In this document: positions 1 through 10,877 of the stretch, piece after piece
Layout of the letters: each line of letters starts with the position of its first letter
How positions within the stretch are numbered: position 1 is the first letter of the stretch
Source: Flavobacteriales bacterium
Lineage (GTDB): Bacteria > Bacteroidota > Bacteroidia > Palsa-965
Direction: 5' to 3'
Assembly: GCA_040377305.1 (NCBI GenBank)
Contig: JBEIPA010000014.1
Coordinates: 64,001 to 128,000 of the forward strand
Length of the DNA: 64,000 nucleotides
The notes under the pieces: generated by a model
What the model saw: the letters and a program-made list of their open reading frames with translations, nothing else
Database searches by the model: none
Told to the model about the DNA's origin: nothing
Made by a program: the position numbers and the translations under genes

Positions 1-2302
1 CCCACATGTCCGTATCATCAAAACCCGGATCGTAAATTCCTCCCGGAGAATCGTCTTCGTACTTGCTGCAATCGAGATCCATCATCATTTTACGCTTCGG
101 TTTTTCGAATGCGCCCTTGGAAATCTTGATCGTTTTATCCGCGTAAACACGTTGGAAGAAATACGCCCAGATCGGCAATGCCATACTTGCACCCTGGCCT
201 TCACTCGTGTTGTCGAAGTGAACGCTACGGTCTTCGCCACCAACCCACGCACCGGCTACTAGCTCTGGTGTAATTCCCATGAACCAACCATCCGAGTTGT
301 TCTGCGTGGTTCCGGTTTTACCTGCGATAGCCGTGTTGAGATTGTATTTGTAACGCAAACGAACACCTGTTCCGGAGGACACAACGCCTTCCATCAGATT
401 GACCATGAGGAATGCCTTTTCCTCGCTGAGCACTTCCTTCGATTCCGGAATAAATTCTTCGAGCACTTTGCCGTTACGATCTTCAATGCGCGTGATGAAT
501 GTTGGTTCAATCCACGTGCCTTTGTTCGCGAATGTACTGTACGCGCCAGTCATTTCGTAAAGAGAAATGTCTGCGCTGCCGAGACACAGCGATGGAACAG
601 GATCAAGCGGACTTGTGATGCCAACGTTTCTTGAAAACTCAACCACGGCAGCAGGACCGAATTGCTTCATGATGTACGCTGTAATGTAGTTCACGGAATT
701 CGCCAATGCTTTTTTCAGTGTGAGCATTTGTCCGTTCATCTTGTTGTCGGAATTTTCCGGACACCATTCCACATCTGTTTCAGTTGTGATACAGGTTTTC
801 ACATTCGGAATCTGATCGCATGGCGACCACCCTTCCTGAATTGCGAGCGCGTATACAAACGGCTTGAACGTAGAACCAACCTGACGGCGGCTTTCTTTTA
901 CGTGATCGTATTTGAAGTGGTGAAAATCAATTCCGCCAACCCAGGCACGTATGTAACCGGTTTGTGGTTCCATGGCCATGAATCCCGCCTGCAAAAATCC
1001 TTTGTAATAGCGAATAGAATCCAACGGCGACATCACCGTGTCTATTTCACCTTTCCAGGAGAAGACAGACATTTCCACAGGTGTTACGAATGCGGTATCG
1101 ATTTCCTCTTCGGTTGCACCATCCGCTTCCATGTGCTTGTACCGATCAGAACGTTTCTTCGCGGAGTTCATGATGTTCGTTATCTCATCCTGCTTCACCT
1201 GCCAACTGAACGGACGATTCTTCTTCTTCTCCAGCGATTTGTCGAACTGCGCCTGCAAGTCAGTCATGTGTTGTGTTGTAGCTTCTTCCGCATATTGCTG
1301 CATGCGCGAATCGATTGTGGTGTAAATCTTCAATCCATCGCGATACATATCGTATGGCTTTCCGTTTGGCTTGAGATGTTCTGCGCACCATTTCTTCAGG
1401 TAATTGTCGCGCAGATACTCCCGGAAATACATTGCCAATCCTTCGTTGTGTGTTTCCGGATTGAAGTCAATCTCTAATGGGATTTCTTTGATAGAATCGT
1501 ATTGTGCCTGCGAGAGAAACCCATTCTTCTTCATCTGAGAAAGAACTATGTTTCGACGCGTGAGTGCATTCTCCGGAAAACGAATTGGATTCCAGCGGGA
1601 AGGATTCTGACACATTCCAACGAGCATGGCAGCTTGTTCTACGGTGAGCGAATCGGCTGTTGCTCCGAAATAAACTTTCGAAGAAGATTTGATTCCTACC
1701 GCGTTGTATGTGAAATCGAATTTATTCAGATACAAAGCGAGAATTTCTTCTTTCGTGTACAAACGCTCGAGACGAATGGCGATGATCCACTCTTTCAGTT
1801 TCTGGAACACACGCTCAAAGAATCCTGCTGTTTGAGATTCCTCCTGGTGAAATTGCATTTTCGCAAGCTGCTGTGTAATTGTTGATGCACCACCTCCCTT
1901 GCCCATTTTCACAATTGCACGCACGAGTGAACGAGCATCTATTCCGGAGTGTTCGAAGTAACGTTCATCTTCTGTTGCGATGAGTGCGTTGATTACATCC
2001 GAATCAATTTCATTGTACGCAACGTTTACGCGGTTCTCTGCATAAAAACGTCCGAGCTCTTTTCCATCAGAAGAATACAATACCGTTGCCTGATTACTTT
2101 CCGGATTCTGCAATTCTTCCACATCCGGAAGATCCGCAAACCACGCAATGCCCAGCATCAATCCAACAAAACCAAGAATGGGAGCGAGAAACATAAACCA
2201 GAAAAGGCGCACGATGTATTTCTGCAACTTGCTTTTCTTCTTACCTCCGACCGCTTTTTCCTTCGGTTTATTCTCGGATTTTTCTGGTTTTTCTTCAGCC
2301 AT
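1..2302 (-). CDS. Penicillin-binding protein 1A (transglycosylase/transpeptidase), 3' end runs out of the window
   Basis: Manual minus-strand reading from ATG at 2302 (MAEEKPEK...): N-terminal TM, GGASTITQQLAK transglycosylase motif, RQVGSTFKP and KTGTTQN transpeptidase motifs. Confidence 0.9.
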   Translation of the reverse strand, partial: MAEEKPEKSENKPKEKAVGGKKKSKLQKYIVRLFWFMFLAPILGFVGLMLGIAWFADLPDVEELQNPESNQATVLYSSDGKELGRFYAENRVNVAYNEIDSDVINALIATEDERYFEHSGIDARSLVRAIVKMGKGGGASTITQQLAKMQFHQEESQTAGFFERVFQKLKEWIIAIRLERLYTKEEILALYLNKFDFTYNAVGIKSSSKVYFGATADSLTVEQAAMLVGMCQNPSRWNPIRFPENALTRRNIVLSQMKKNGFLSQAQYDSIKEIPLEIDFNPETHNEGLAMYFREYLRDNYLKKWCAEHLKPNGKPYDMYRDGLKIYTTIDSRMQQYAEEATTQHMTDLQAQFDKSLEKKKNRPFSWQVKQDEITNIMNSAKKRSDRYKHMEADGATEEEIDTAFVTPVEMSVFSWKGEIDTVMSPLDSIRYYKGFLQAGFMAMEPQTGYIRAWVGGIDFHHFKYDHVKESRRQVGSTFKPFVYALAIQEGWSPCDQIPNVKTCITTETDVEWCPENSDNKMNGQMLTLKKALANSVNYITAYIMKQFGPAAVVEFSRNVGITSPLDPVPSLCLGSADISLYEMTGAYSTFANKGTWIEPTFITRIEDRNGKVLEEFIPESKEVLSEEKAFLMVNLMEGVVSSGTGVRLRYKYNLNTAIAGKTGTTQNNSDGWFMGITPELVAGAWVGGEDRSVHFDNTSEGQGASMALPIWAYFFQRVYADKTIKISKGAFEKPKRKMMMDLDCSKYEDDSPGGIYDPGFDDTDMW

Positions 2303-2410
2303 AGAGCGAAATTACGGAAAATAGGACACCATAGCCGCTACGGGAATAACTGTTAAGAGTGTTTGAATAAGTGTTATTGGATATGTTGGATTTCCCTAAC
2401 TTAACAGTGT

Positions 2411-3349
2411 ATGTTGCTTCGAGTCGCCTTCATCGTCGTTTGCTTGTCGTGCACACAGCTTCACGCACAAAGAACAATAACCGCATCAGACGGGTCTCAA
2501 TTCGTTATTGAATATTATCTCCAAGGCGATAGCTTATTCAAGCTAGGTCAGTACGATAAATCAATTGAAGCTTTTCGAAAAGAATATGCTATTTCAGCAA
2601 TGTTTACGTCGTATAATCTCGCATGTGCGTTTGCCAAGGCTAATGAACCAGATTCGGCTTTCAAGTATCTCTTTGAGGACTTAAAATTTGATAGTTCTAA
2701 GTATCCTTTAACGAATCCTGATTTTATCGGTTTACGAGGCGATAAGCGCTGGACCGAAGTTGTGAGCATTTCAACGAACAGTATAGCTGCATCAACTCCT
2801 AATGGAATCCCCGATTTACCCTTGGCGGTTAAGTTGTGGGATATGAGTGCTTGGGACCAGGCATATTATCATGAGATATTTATTGCCGAAGCCGAACTGG
2901 GAAAAAAATCCTCACGATGTGATTCACTCTGGAAGATGAAAGAAACAGTCAATATAGAGAATCAGCGCTTGTTGGATTCTATCATTACTGTAAAAGGTTG
3001 GCCGAAAAACTCACAGGTTGGAGACTATGCTGCGTCGGCAGCTTTTCTGATTATACAGCACTCTACTGAGGAGAAACAAAAAAAATATCTACCCATTATT
3101 AAAGACTTATGCGAGATCAAGGAAGCTTCATGGGAGTCTTATGCACTGATGTATGATCGGATTCAATTTCATGAAGGTAAACCTCAGCTATATGGTACGC
3201 AGATCATTTCTGATGAAGAAACTCATCAGATGAAATTCTACCCGATCGAAGACGAAGCGAATGTCAACAAACGCAGAGCAGAATTCGGGATGATGCCAAT
3301 TGAAACTTATGCGGAAATGATGGGTGTAAAATACACTCCGAAAAAGTAG
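2411..3349 (+). CDS. Secreted TPR + DUF6624-like protein
   Basis: Signal peptide, YNLACAFA TPR helix, GWP...AFLIIQHS and DR....GKPQLYGTQ motifs. Confidence 0.7.
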   Translation: MLLRVAFIVVCLSCTQLHAQRTITASDGSQFVIEYYLQGDSLFKLGQYDKSIEAFRKEYAISAMFTSYNLACAFAKANEPDSAFKYLFEDLKFDSSKYPLTNPDFIGLRGDKRWTEVVSISTNSIAASTPNGIPDLPLAVKLWDMSAWDQAYYHEIFIAEAELGKKSSRCDSLWKMKETVNIENQRLLDSIITVKGWPKNSQVGDYAASAAFLIIQHSTEEKQKKYLPIIKDLCEIKEASWESYALMYDRIQFHEGKPQLYGTQIISDEETHQMKFYPIEDEANVNKRRAEFGMMPIETYAEMMGVKYTPKK

Positions 3350-3365
3350 TTTCTATTCTATCCGA

Positions 3366-3818
3366 TTGCGTAAATTTCGCATGATCATGGTCTACAAAAA
3401 GGAACATAAATACTCCTCATTTGTGATGCGCAACTTAAAAGATGCGTGGCCTGTGTTGCTGCTCGCATGCATACCGTTCGTAATCTGGCGCGACTTTCAT
3501 TTCGGCGTGTTCGCTTTTGCTCTGGTGATTATCGGAATCGGAATTGTGCACAACGAAAGACGACAGCGCTATTTCGTGGAGGAAATTACCGTTGAAGGAA
3601 ATCAGACCACCGTTGTTTACTACAAATACGGAAAACGACACACCATGATTCTGGACAAAAACCCAGTTTCTTCGATCAGAACATTTGATTACAAAGGGTT
3701 CAAATGGCGCGAACCTGTTCTGGAAATTGGAGATGGAAAAACACGTCTGTTGCAGTTTGCTGTGAGTGGCTGGACGCCTGAGGACTTTCAGAATTTAAGC
3801 GCTGAGTTCGCAGCTTAG
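3366..3818 (+). CDS. Hypothetical membrane protein
   Basis: ORF with two hydrophobic segments; start uncertain. Confidence 0.55.
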   Translation: MRKFRMIMVYKKEHKYSSFVMRNLKDAWPVLLLACIPFVIWRDFHFGVFAFALVIIGIGIVHNERRQRYFVEEITVEGNQTTVVYYKYGKRHTMILDKNPVSSIRTFDYKGFKWREPVLEIGDGKTRLLQFAVSGWTPEDFQNLSAEFAA

Positions 3819-3820
3819 AA

Positions 3821-4768
3821 TCACTTCAAAAGTTTCGACATCACTCTTCCTGTCGCTGTTGGCATTGGGAAACTCATGAGCGTGCTTGTTGTTTTTGCAA
3901 TGTCGCACAGCACGTATGATTCGTCGCAGGAATAATTCTCTTTGAAGTCAGGGCCCATTGCGAGAAGCATAATGTGTTTGCAACCTTCGCAATTGTCGCC
4001 GTGGCTTACAAACCCATCGAGGTGACCATCGTCGTGGCGACCATGATCGTTGGTAACGAAAAGCGTTGTGGTTCCTGCGTAGTATGGATCGCTCTGCAGA
4101 TAGTCCCAGATTCGCTGCACGTAAATATCGCCCTGAATAATTCCGTTGAGGTAGCCGGGCCAGTTGTTCGAGTGTGCATATGCATCGGGATCTTTGAAGT
4201 TAACGAGCATAAGATCGGGTTGATGCATTGTCAGAATACTCAATGTGCGATTGAACGTAATCGAATCATCGCGATAACCAGTGAAGGGTCCATTCACACC
4301 ACAGTCGTAAGAAGCGATGAACTGATTGTCGTAAGAAGAATCAGCAGCGTTGTCGCAATTCGCAAGCACGAACAATTTGTCTTTACTCGATACAACCCAG
4401 CATTTTGCTTGCGGTGCGCCCGTAGCCTGTCGCCAATACTGGAAAATGCTTGGATACGTTGGATACTGATAACCGCTGTTGTTGATGAACTCATCGACAC
4501 CCGTTGTCATTGCACAGTGTCCACCATTCGTAAAAGTGAAAGAGGGATTGTGAAAGTTCGTGCATACGCTTCCGCTCAGGCTCATCTGTGCCATGTTTGG
4601 AATGTACGTGAGTTCCCCGTTGCCAAATGTTTCCTGGTACCGCGCACCATCTAGAACGACGATGATGACGTGTTTGGTTTTGTAAGGAGGAATTTCCGGG
4701 TCCTTCTTACACATGGAACACAGCACAAAAATTGCTGCGGCGAGAAAAATAGAATGGAGTGGTTTCAC
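3821..4768 (-). CDS. Alkaline phosphatase/sulfatase-superfamily lipoprotein
   Basis: VIIVVLDGAR, D..AH and TNDHG metal motifs; lipoprotein-like N terminus. Confidence 0.75.
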   Translation of the reverse strand: MKPLHSIFLAAAIFVLCSMCKKDPEIPPYKTKHVIIVVLDGARYQETFGNGELTYIPNMAQMSLSGSVCTNFHNPSFTFTNGGHCAMTTGVDEFINNSGYQYPTYPSIFQYWRQATGAPQAKCWVVSSKDKLFVLANCDNAADSSYDNQFIASYDCGVNGPFTGYRDDSITFNRTLSILTMHQPDLMLVNFKDPDAYAHSNNWPGYLNGIIQGDIYVQRIWDYLQSDPYYAGTTTLFVTNDHGRHDDGHLDGFVSHGDNCEGCKHIMLLAMGPDFKENYSCDESYVLCDIAKTTSTLMSFPMPTATGRVMSKLLK

Positions 4769-4952
4769 GTGACACTAAGTTAACTATTCCGCTACGGAAA
4801 CAGAGTAGCTAACGACGAAATGCGGTCAATGTGCTCGGTTTTGTGAGAACCAAGATTATTCTCGGTGCGTGAGAGACGATATTGTAGCTTTATTTTGCCG
4901 CAGATTCGCAGATTGCGCAGATTGTATTCAACCGAGCACTGAGAACCGAGCA

Positions 4953-5420
4953 CTATTCAACCGAACGTTCAATCCGAATCCCAACGTCCTTCACTCCAGG
5001 AAGTTTTTCCATGCGCATGGCTTGCTCAATTTCCATGTGATATTTTCCAGCAACAGGGAAGCGAACGTTTTTGCGGAAGATGAGTTGACAATCGTGAATG
5101 TCTCCCTGACCATTGCCGATCCATGAGCCGTCTGGATTTGTCAGAGGCAATTCGATGGTGTCGGTTCCGGTTTTGCCGTTGGGAAATGTAATGTGCGAGA
5201 ACACGTACAAATTGCTGAACGGGTAATCGTCGGTATTGCGCACGTTGAAGTAGAAATTGTAGAAGGTGGTTGTATCGGGAACATCGAAATCGAAAACAAC
5301 GCGTTCGCTGATGTCCCAATCGCCACCGGGAATTTCCTGGTTCTCTTCGAACATGCGGGTGTCATCGCAAGAAGTAAATGCGAGACAAACAATAACGAGA
5401 AGCGAAAGAAAATACTTCAT
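4953..5420 (-). CDS. gldH: Gliding motility lipoprotein GldH
   Basis: Lipobox FTSC, RNTDDYPFSNLY, G.W.G.G and EQAMR motifs. Confidence 0.9.
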   Translation of the reverse strand: MKYFLSLLVIVCLAFTSCDDTRMFEENQEIPGGDWDISERVVFDFDVPDTTTFYNFYFNVRNTDDYPFSNLYVFSHITFPNGKTGTDTIELPLTNPDGSWIGNGQGDIHDCQLIFRKNVRFPVAGKYHMEIEQAMRMEKLPGVKDVGIRIERSVE

Positions 5421-5423
5421 GCT

Positions 5424-6911
5424 CTATTGAGACGGAGGACTTGGCGGATTATTGTTCCCACCCGGTTTTGGACCACGATTTTGATTGCGGTTCTGATTAT
5501 TCGGATTGCGCTGATTCGGATTCAGTCCGCTTCTATTTTGCGGAGGACGATTCTGATTCGGCGGCTTCGGTCCTTGCTGCGGAGGTCTATTCGGATTTGG
5601 TCCTTGCGGCTTAGGAGTTTGCGGTCCTTTATTTTGCGGTGGACGATTCTGCTGAGGCTTTGGTCCTTGCTGTCTCGGTCCTTGCTGTTGTGGAGGACGC
5701 GGATTAGGTCCTTGCGGTCTATTCTGCTGCGCACCTTGTGGATTGTTCTCGCCACCAGGTCCTCTGCCCTTGCCCTTTTTCCTTTTCTTGTTGCCAGTCT
5801 TCTGCTTGTCAAAACGCGTCAGAGAATCTTGTCCCACGACGTTTTCAAAATCAGGAGCTTTCACTGCTACTTTTTCTTCTTTCACTTTCTCGATAAGAAC
5901 ATCCGCTTTTTCACCACGCTTATTCATCTCAATCAATTCCTTCGCGCGAAAATTCGGAACCGCAATAAACTGGTCCGGCTCATCGAAGAACGTGTAATAC
6001 ATCACGCCTTTGAAAATATCTGTCTTCTGGTGACGTGCTCTTCCGCGAGTAGTTTCAATGTCGGTTGCTTCCGGAAAATCTTTCAGCGCATCGAGATACG
6101 AATCGAGTTCGTAATTCAGACAGCACTTTAATTTTCCGCACTGACCGGCAAGCTTCAACGGGTTCAACGAAAGCTGCTGATATCGCGCAGCACTCGTAGT
6201 CACTGAACGGAAATCAGTAAGCCATGTACTGCAACACAATTCACGTCCACAAGAACCAATTCCTCCCAGACGGGCTGCTTCCTGTCGCGCACCGATCTGA
6301 CGCATTTCAATCCGCACCCGGAAATCGTCCGCCATTACTTTGATGAGCTCACGGAAATCAACGCGGTCCTCAGCAGTGTAATAGAAAATTGCCTTCGTCT
6401 TATCGCCTTGATATTCTACGTCACCAATTTTCATTTGCAATCCGAGTCGAATCGCAAACTCACGTGCTTTCACAAGAGTTGCTTTCTCGTGCGACTGCGC
6501 TTCCATCCACTTGTCAATATCGTTTTGCTTCGCCTTGCGATATACTTTCTTCATCGCAGGATCGGCAGCATTTACGTTCTTACGCTTGAGTTGATTCTTC
6601 ACAAGCTCTCCCGAAAGTGAAACTGTACCGATATCGTGACCGGGTGATGATTCAACCGCAATCACATCGCCCATTGCCAAAGGCAGATCATTCACGTTGC
6701 GGAAAAATTCCTTGCGATTGTTTTTGAAACGAACCTCAACAACATCGAATGGTTTTTGTCCGGGCGGCAACGACATATCCGACAACCAGTCGAACACGTT
6801 CATCTTGTTACATCCGCCTGTACTGCATGACGTAGCCGCACCACCTTCTCCGGTTTTACCCGAAGTTGCAGTGCTGCATCCTCTTCCGCTTGAACATCCT
6901 CCACAGGCCAT
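5424..6911 (-). CDS. ricT: PSP1-domain / RicT (YaaT)-like protein with Q/N/P-rich tail
   Basis: GGIGSCGRELCC and KLAGQCGKLKCCLNYE motifs; located between holB and gldH. Confidence 0.8.
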   Translation of the reverse strand: MACGGCSSGRGCSTATSGKTGEGGAATSCSTGGCNKMNVFDWLSDMSLPPGQKPFDVVEVRFKNNRKEFFRNVNDLPLAMGDVIAVESSPGHDIGTVSLSGELVKNQLKRKNVNAADPAMKKVYRKAKQNDIDKWMEAQSHEKATLVKAREFAIRLGLQMKIGDVEYQGDKTKAIFYYTAEDRVDFRELIKVMADDFRVRIEMRQIGARQEAARLGGIGSCGRELCCSTWLTDFRSVTTSAARYQQLSLNPLKLAGQCGKLKCCLNYELDSYLDALKDFPEATDIETTRGRARHQKTDIFKGVMYYTFFDEPDQFIAVPNFRAKELIEMNKRGEKADVLIEKVKEEKVAVKAPDFENVVGQDSLTRFDKQKTGNKKRKKGKGRGPGGENNPQGAQQNRPQGPNPRPPQQQGPRQQGPKPQQNRPPQNKGPQTPKPQGPNPNRPPQQGPKPPNQNRPPQNRSGLNPNQRNPNNQNRNQNRGPKPGGNNNPPSPPSQ

Positions 6912-7075
6912 AGGTCATTTTTTGAATGAACACAAATATACGGTCAGACGAGGGACTGGAAACGGGCATCTTGAGAATCTACTATCGAAATTGGGCGAAT
7001 TTTAACGAATTGAATGTGGATAAGTAGTTGGTTAGATCCGCGACCATCCGCTTGATCCGCTAAATCCGCGTTCCA

Positions 7076-8218
7076 TTACACCGATGCCTTATCGGGATTT
7101 GGCACATTCAGCTGCTCATTCGCCTTGAACGAAAGATCCATGAACACAATTCTTGCACTGCCGTTTCTTTCGATATGCTGCAGCGCAAGATTGATTTCGT
7201 TCATGAACTTGTAAGCATTTGCAGCATGAACGAACGGAGCGAATTTTGTGACGAATGCTTTCTCATCGCCGGCAATCCGTACGAGCGACTGATCTGCATA
7301 ATTCACGAGCAGGCTTTCGCGAATCATTTCGAGTGCGTACGCCAGAAATTGTTTTTGCCGCTCACGGCCCGCAGTTGCAAATTCATCTACTGCTTCCATG
7401 AGCACAGGCATGTTGAATTTCAGACATCCGCGCATCCATTTCTGGAATACCTGCAGATTGAAAACTGCTTGTTCGTCGGTGGTTACCAATTGCGATGCCG
7501 CAGCAAAACTTCCGTCGGCCTGAAATGTAATTCGTGTGGCGTCTGTATCACTCAATGAAAAGCGAACCTTGAGTGCAGCGTGTATATCATCATCATTGAG
7601 TCGCGACAATTTCACAAGTTGTGTGCGCGAAACAATGGTTCGAAGCAATTGATCTTCTGCTTCAGTGACGAGGAGGAACAACGTTTTATCCGGTGGCTCT
7701 TCGAGAATTTTCAGAAGCTTGTTCGCTGCAGTCAGGTTCATCTTCTCTGCCATCCAGATGATCATGATCTTGTATTCCGCTTCGAATGTGGTGAGTGAAA
7801 GTTTCTTCAGAATTTCTCCGCTCTCTTCTGTGCCGATGACTGGCTGCTTGTTCTCTGCTTCGATCTTTCCGAACCAATCGTCGAGTGTGAGATACGGATT
7901 CGCCAAAAACGATTCGCGAAATTCTTTGATCACAACTGTGCTCACACGCATTTCCTTCGATAATGCAATCGGATAAACGAGATGCAAATCGGGATGCACC
8001 AGTTTGTCGTGTTTCTGGCAGCTCGGGCAACTTCCGCAAGAATCATTCTCCCCGCGATTCGTGCAATGCACATAACGTGCGTAAGCAAACGCCATAGGTA
8101 ACGTTCCACAGCCGTCCGGACCGAAAAACAATTGCGCGTGAGAAATGCGATTGTCGCGCACGCTATTGACGAGTCGTTCTTTAATTGGGTGCTGGCCGAT
8201 GATGTCGCGGAAAAACAT
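7076..8218 (-). CDS. holB: DNA polymerase III subunit delta'
   Basis: HAQLFFGP, Zn cysteines, HPDLH, AANKLLKILEEPP, TIVSR. Confidence 0.9.
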   Translation of the reverse strand: MFFRDIIGQHPIKERLVNSVRDNRISHAQLFFGPDGCGTLPMAFAYARYVHCTNRGENDSCGSCPSCQKHDKLVHPDLHLVYPIALSKEMRVSTVVIKEFRESFLANPYLTLDDWFGKIEAENKQPVIGTEESGEILKKLSLTTFEAEYKIMIIWMAEKMNLTAANKLLKILEEPPDKTLFLLVTEAEDQLLRTIVSRTQLVKLSRLNDDDIHAALKVRFSLSDTDATRITFQADGSFAAASQLVTTDEQAVFNLQVFQKWMRGCLKFNMPVLMEAVDEFATAGRERQKQFLAYALEMIRESLLVNYADQSLVRIAGDEKAFVTKFAPFVHAANAYKFMNEINLALQHIERNGSARIVFMDLSFKANEQLNVPNPDKASV

Positions 8219-8317
8219 GGGGCAAAAGTAGGGATTAAGGGATTAGGGAATTTGGGAATCGGGCGCGCTGAAAAAATAAAAGGGATTCAGCCTGCGCCAA
8301 ATTCCCAATTCCTATTA

Positions 8318-8779
8318 CTACGTTGACGTCTTGAACGCGTGCACAATTCCAACGATGTGCAATCCGAGCAATGCGATACCCGCGAGAATAAATGCTGGAG
8401 CAACTTCATCGAATGAAATGTTGTCAGGTGAAGTCATTGGGAGCAATGACCACAAAAGGAACAATCCGGAAAGTGAAAGTCCGATAATGGAAATCACTTT
8501 CATGGTTTTGGTCTTGATCTTCATGAGCGCAAGCACAAATGCTCCTACAGACATTAGCATGTACAGCACGCTCACAATTCCGCCCATGCGAGTTGAATCG
8601 TTTGCTTCCTCCTCGTAGAAAGAAGAGCCGTCGTAATCGTAACTGTAATCATTGTTGTAGTAATCGTTACTATCAAAATAAGCCCATCTTGCGTCTCGTA
8701 CTTCCTTTGCAATGCCAATACAGGCAACAATGTAGACCAGCGATAAAACACAGGCAGTGATAAAAAATGCGCGCATCAT
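8318..8779 (-). CDS. Hypothetical membrane protein (4 TM)
   Basis: Four hydrophobic segments with a Tyr/Asp-rich loop. Confidence 0.6.
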   Translation of the reverse strand: MMRAFFITACVLSLVYIVACIGIAKEVRDARWAYFDSNDYYNNDYSYDYDGSSFYEEEANDSTRMGGIVSVLYMLMSVGAFVLALMKIKTKTMKVISIIGLSLSGLFLLWSLLPMTSPDNISFDEVAPAFILAGIALLGLHIVGIVHAFKTST

Positions 8780-8858
8780 AGGAGCATGGGTTTTCGTGTT
8801 CGACTAAGATAATCCAGTGGACAATTACCGTGCATTGCACCGGGAAGTATTTTTCTCC

Positions 8859-9557
8859 TTAGTGCATTATTTCGACTTGTTCAACGAAAATCCGTCCTTC
8901 TGAGTCGATAACACGACAGAAGTAGACTCCATCTGAGATAGATCCCGTAGAAATTTCGCTCGTGGATGTCATTGGAACACTTGTCATAACGACTTCTCCG
9001 ATCATGTTTACAATTTCAACCCGCACAATTGTACCCGCAGAAATTTGTACCGATAAGTTCTCTGAAGCAGGATTCGGAAATACGCGCGCATATATTTCAG
9101 GCAATGCCGGAATGTCGAGAACGGTTGAGACCTGAAACTGTAGAGTATCTTCATCATCAGCTTGAAAGCCCGGAGTGCAGTTTGGTATGCCGTAACCCGA
9201 ACTCAAGGTGAAGTACACGGTATAGTTGCCCGCGGTGAGTGGTGGAAACACCAAGGTATCTACGTCGTTACAGATAAACATAGCGGCGCCCATGCAATGC
9301 AGTGTGCTTCCGTAAATACTGTTTCCTACTACGGAGCCATAAGCTACGCCTGCGCAATTGCCTTGCGGAAATGTGAGATAAGCGTAGATGCGCACGGTGT
9401 CATTAGCATCTGGCATAGCAGGTGAAACTACCAGAGAATCGATCCACTGGGCCTTTGCGGCGAATGAGAACAATAAAATTGCGCTGAGTGTAAATAATTT
9501 TTTGATGGGTTTTAAGTTTGCTGCTGCGAAGTTACCTCCAATTGACACGCAGCGCAA
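8859..9557 (-). CDS. T9SS type A sorting domain protein (start uncertain, possibly ATC at 9506)
   Basis: Signal-like IKKLFTLSAILL; C-terminal VFPNPA...GVYF domain. Confidence 0.7.
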   Translation of the reverse strand: MRCVSIGGNFAAANLKPIKKLFTLSAILLFSFAAKAQWIDSLVVSPAMPDANDTVRIYAYLTFPQGNCAGVAYGSVVGNSIYGSTLHCMGAAMFICNDVDTLVFPPLTAGNYTVYFTLSSGYGIPNCTPGFQADDEDTLQFQVSTVLDIPALPEIYARVFPNPASENLSVQISAGTIVRVEIVNMIGEVVMTSVPMTSTSEISTGSISDGVYFCRVIDSEGRIFVEQVEIMH

Positions 9558-9674
9558 TAGGCAATGGGCAATAGGGCATTGCGACGATGGGGATAGACAT
9601 TCGTCACTTCCTTACCTCGATGCCCTATTGCCTTAATGCCTAATACTTATCTTTGCGTCCGAATAAATTTTCCT

Positions 9675-10868
9675 ATGAAAACTGTTGACCAACTCAATTT
9701 CTCAGGCAAAAAAGCCCTCATCCGTGTCGATTTCAATGTGCCGCTTGATGCCGCCTTTGCAATTACAGATGATACGCGCATGCGTGCCGCAATTCCCACA
9801 ATCAGGAAAATTCTTGCTGATGGTGGCGCCTGCATTTTGATGTCGCATCTTGGCCGACCGAAAGAAGGACCGGCAGAGAAATTTTCTCTGAAGCATCTGG
9901 TGAGTCACTTGTCGACCTTGCTTGGTGGAACAAAAGTTCATTTCGCGACGGACTGCATTGGTACACCTGCACAGGATGCAGCGAAGAATTTGCAGATGGG
10001 AGAAGTTTTGTTGCTGGAAAATCTGCGCTTCCATAAGCAGGAAGAAAAAGGTGATGAAACATTTGCACAGGAATTATCGAAGCTTGGTGATGTGTATGTG
10101 AATGATGCTTTCGGAACCGCGCACCGTGCACATGCTTCCACTGCAGTGATCGCAAAATTCTTCGCCGGGAATAAGTGTTTTGGCTATGTCATGAACGGAG
10201 AAATTGCGAGCGTGAATAAAGTTCTCAATGGTGCTTCAAAACCATTTACCGCAATTATGGGCGGAGCAAAAGTTTCTGATAAAATTCTCATTCTCGAACA
10301 GCTCATTAAGAAAGCGGATAACATCATCATTGGTGGCGGAATGGCTTTCACATTCGTCAAAGCACAAGGCGGAAACATCGGAAACTCATTGGTAGAAGAA
10401 GATCGTTTGCCGAATGCCTTGAAAATTCTGGAAGAGGCGAAAAAGCTAGGCGTAAATATTTACATTCCCGTAGATGCGATTTGTGCTGACAAATTCGATA
10501 ACGCTGCCAATAAAATGACCTGCGATGTGAAATCGATCGGAGAAGGCTGGATGGGTCTCGACATTGGTCCGGAAACAGAAAAGCTGTATGCTGATGCTAT
10601 CGCGAAATCGAAAACTATTTTGTGGAATGGTCCGATGGGTGTTTTCGAAATGGAAAACTTTGCACACGGAACAAAATCTGTTGCCGATGCAATTGTTACC
10701 GCTACTGCGAACGGTGCTTTCTCGCTGATCGGCGGTGGCGATTCGGTTGCTGCGATCAATAAATACAATCTTGCCGATAAAGTGAGCTATGTTTCAACTG
10801 GTGGCGGTGCATTACTCGAATACATCGAGGCCGGAACTCTTCCAGGTGTAGAAGCAGTAAATAATTAG
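9675..10868 (+). CDS. pgk: Phosphoglycerate kinase
   Basis: [37 protein letters not shown]. Confidence 0.98.
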   Translation: MKTVDQLNFSGKKALIRVDFNVPLDAAFAITDDTRMRAAIPTIRKILADGGACILMSHLGRPKEGPAEKFSLKHLVSHLSTLLGGTKVHFATDCIGTPAQDAAKNLQMGEVLLLENLRFHKQEEKGDETFAQELSKLGDVYVNDAFGTAHRAHASTAVIAKFFAGNKCFGYVMNGEIASVNKVLNGASKPFTAIMGGAKVSDKILILEQLIKKADNIIIGGGMAFTFVKAQGGNIGNSLVEEDRLPNALKILEEAKKLGVNIYIPVDAICADKFDNAANKMTCDVKSIGEGWMGLDIGPETEKLYADAIAKSKTILWNGPMGVFEMENFAHGTKSVADAIVTATANGAFSLIGGGDSVAAINKYNLADKVSYVSTGGGALLEYIEAGTLPGVEAVNN

Positions 10869-10877
10869 TAATTCGGA

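Noticed and set aside
662-2356. Plus-strand ORFs of up to 271 aa
   Set aside because: Antisense shadows of the PBP1A gene
5193-6131. 312-aa Arg/Leu/Ile-rich ORF
   Set aside because: Antisense shadow of gldH and the low-complexity RicT tail
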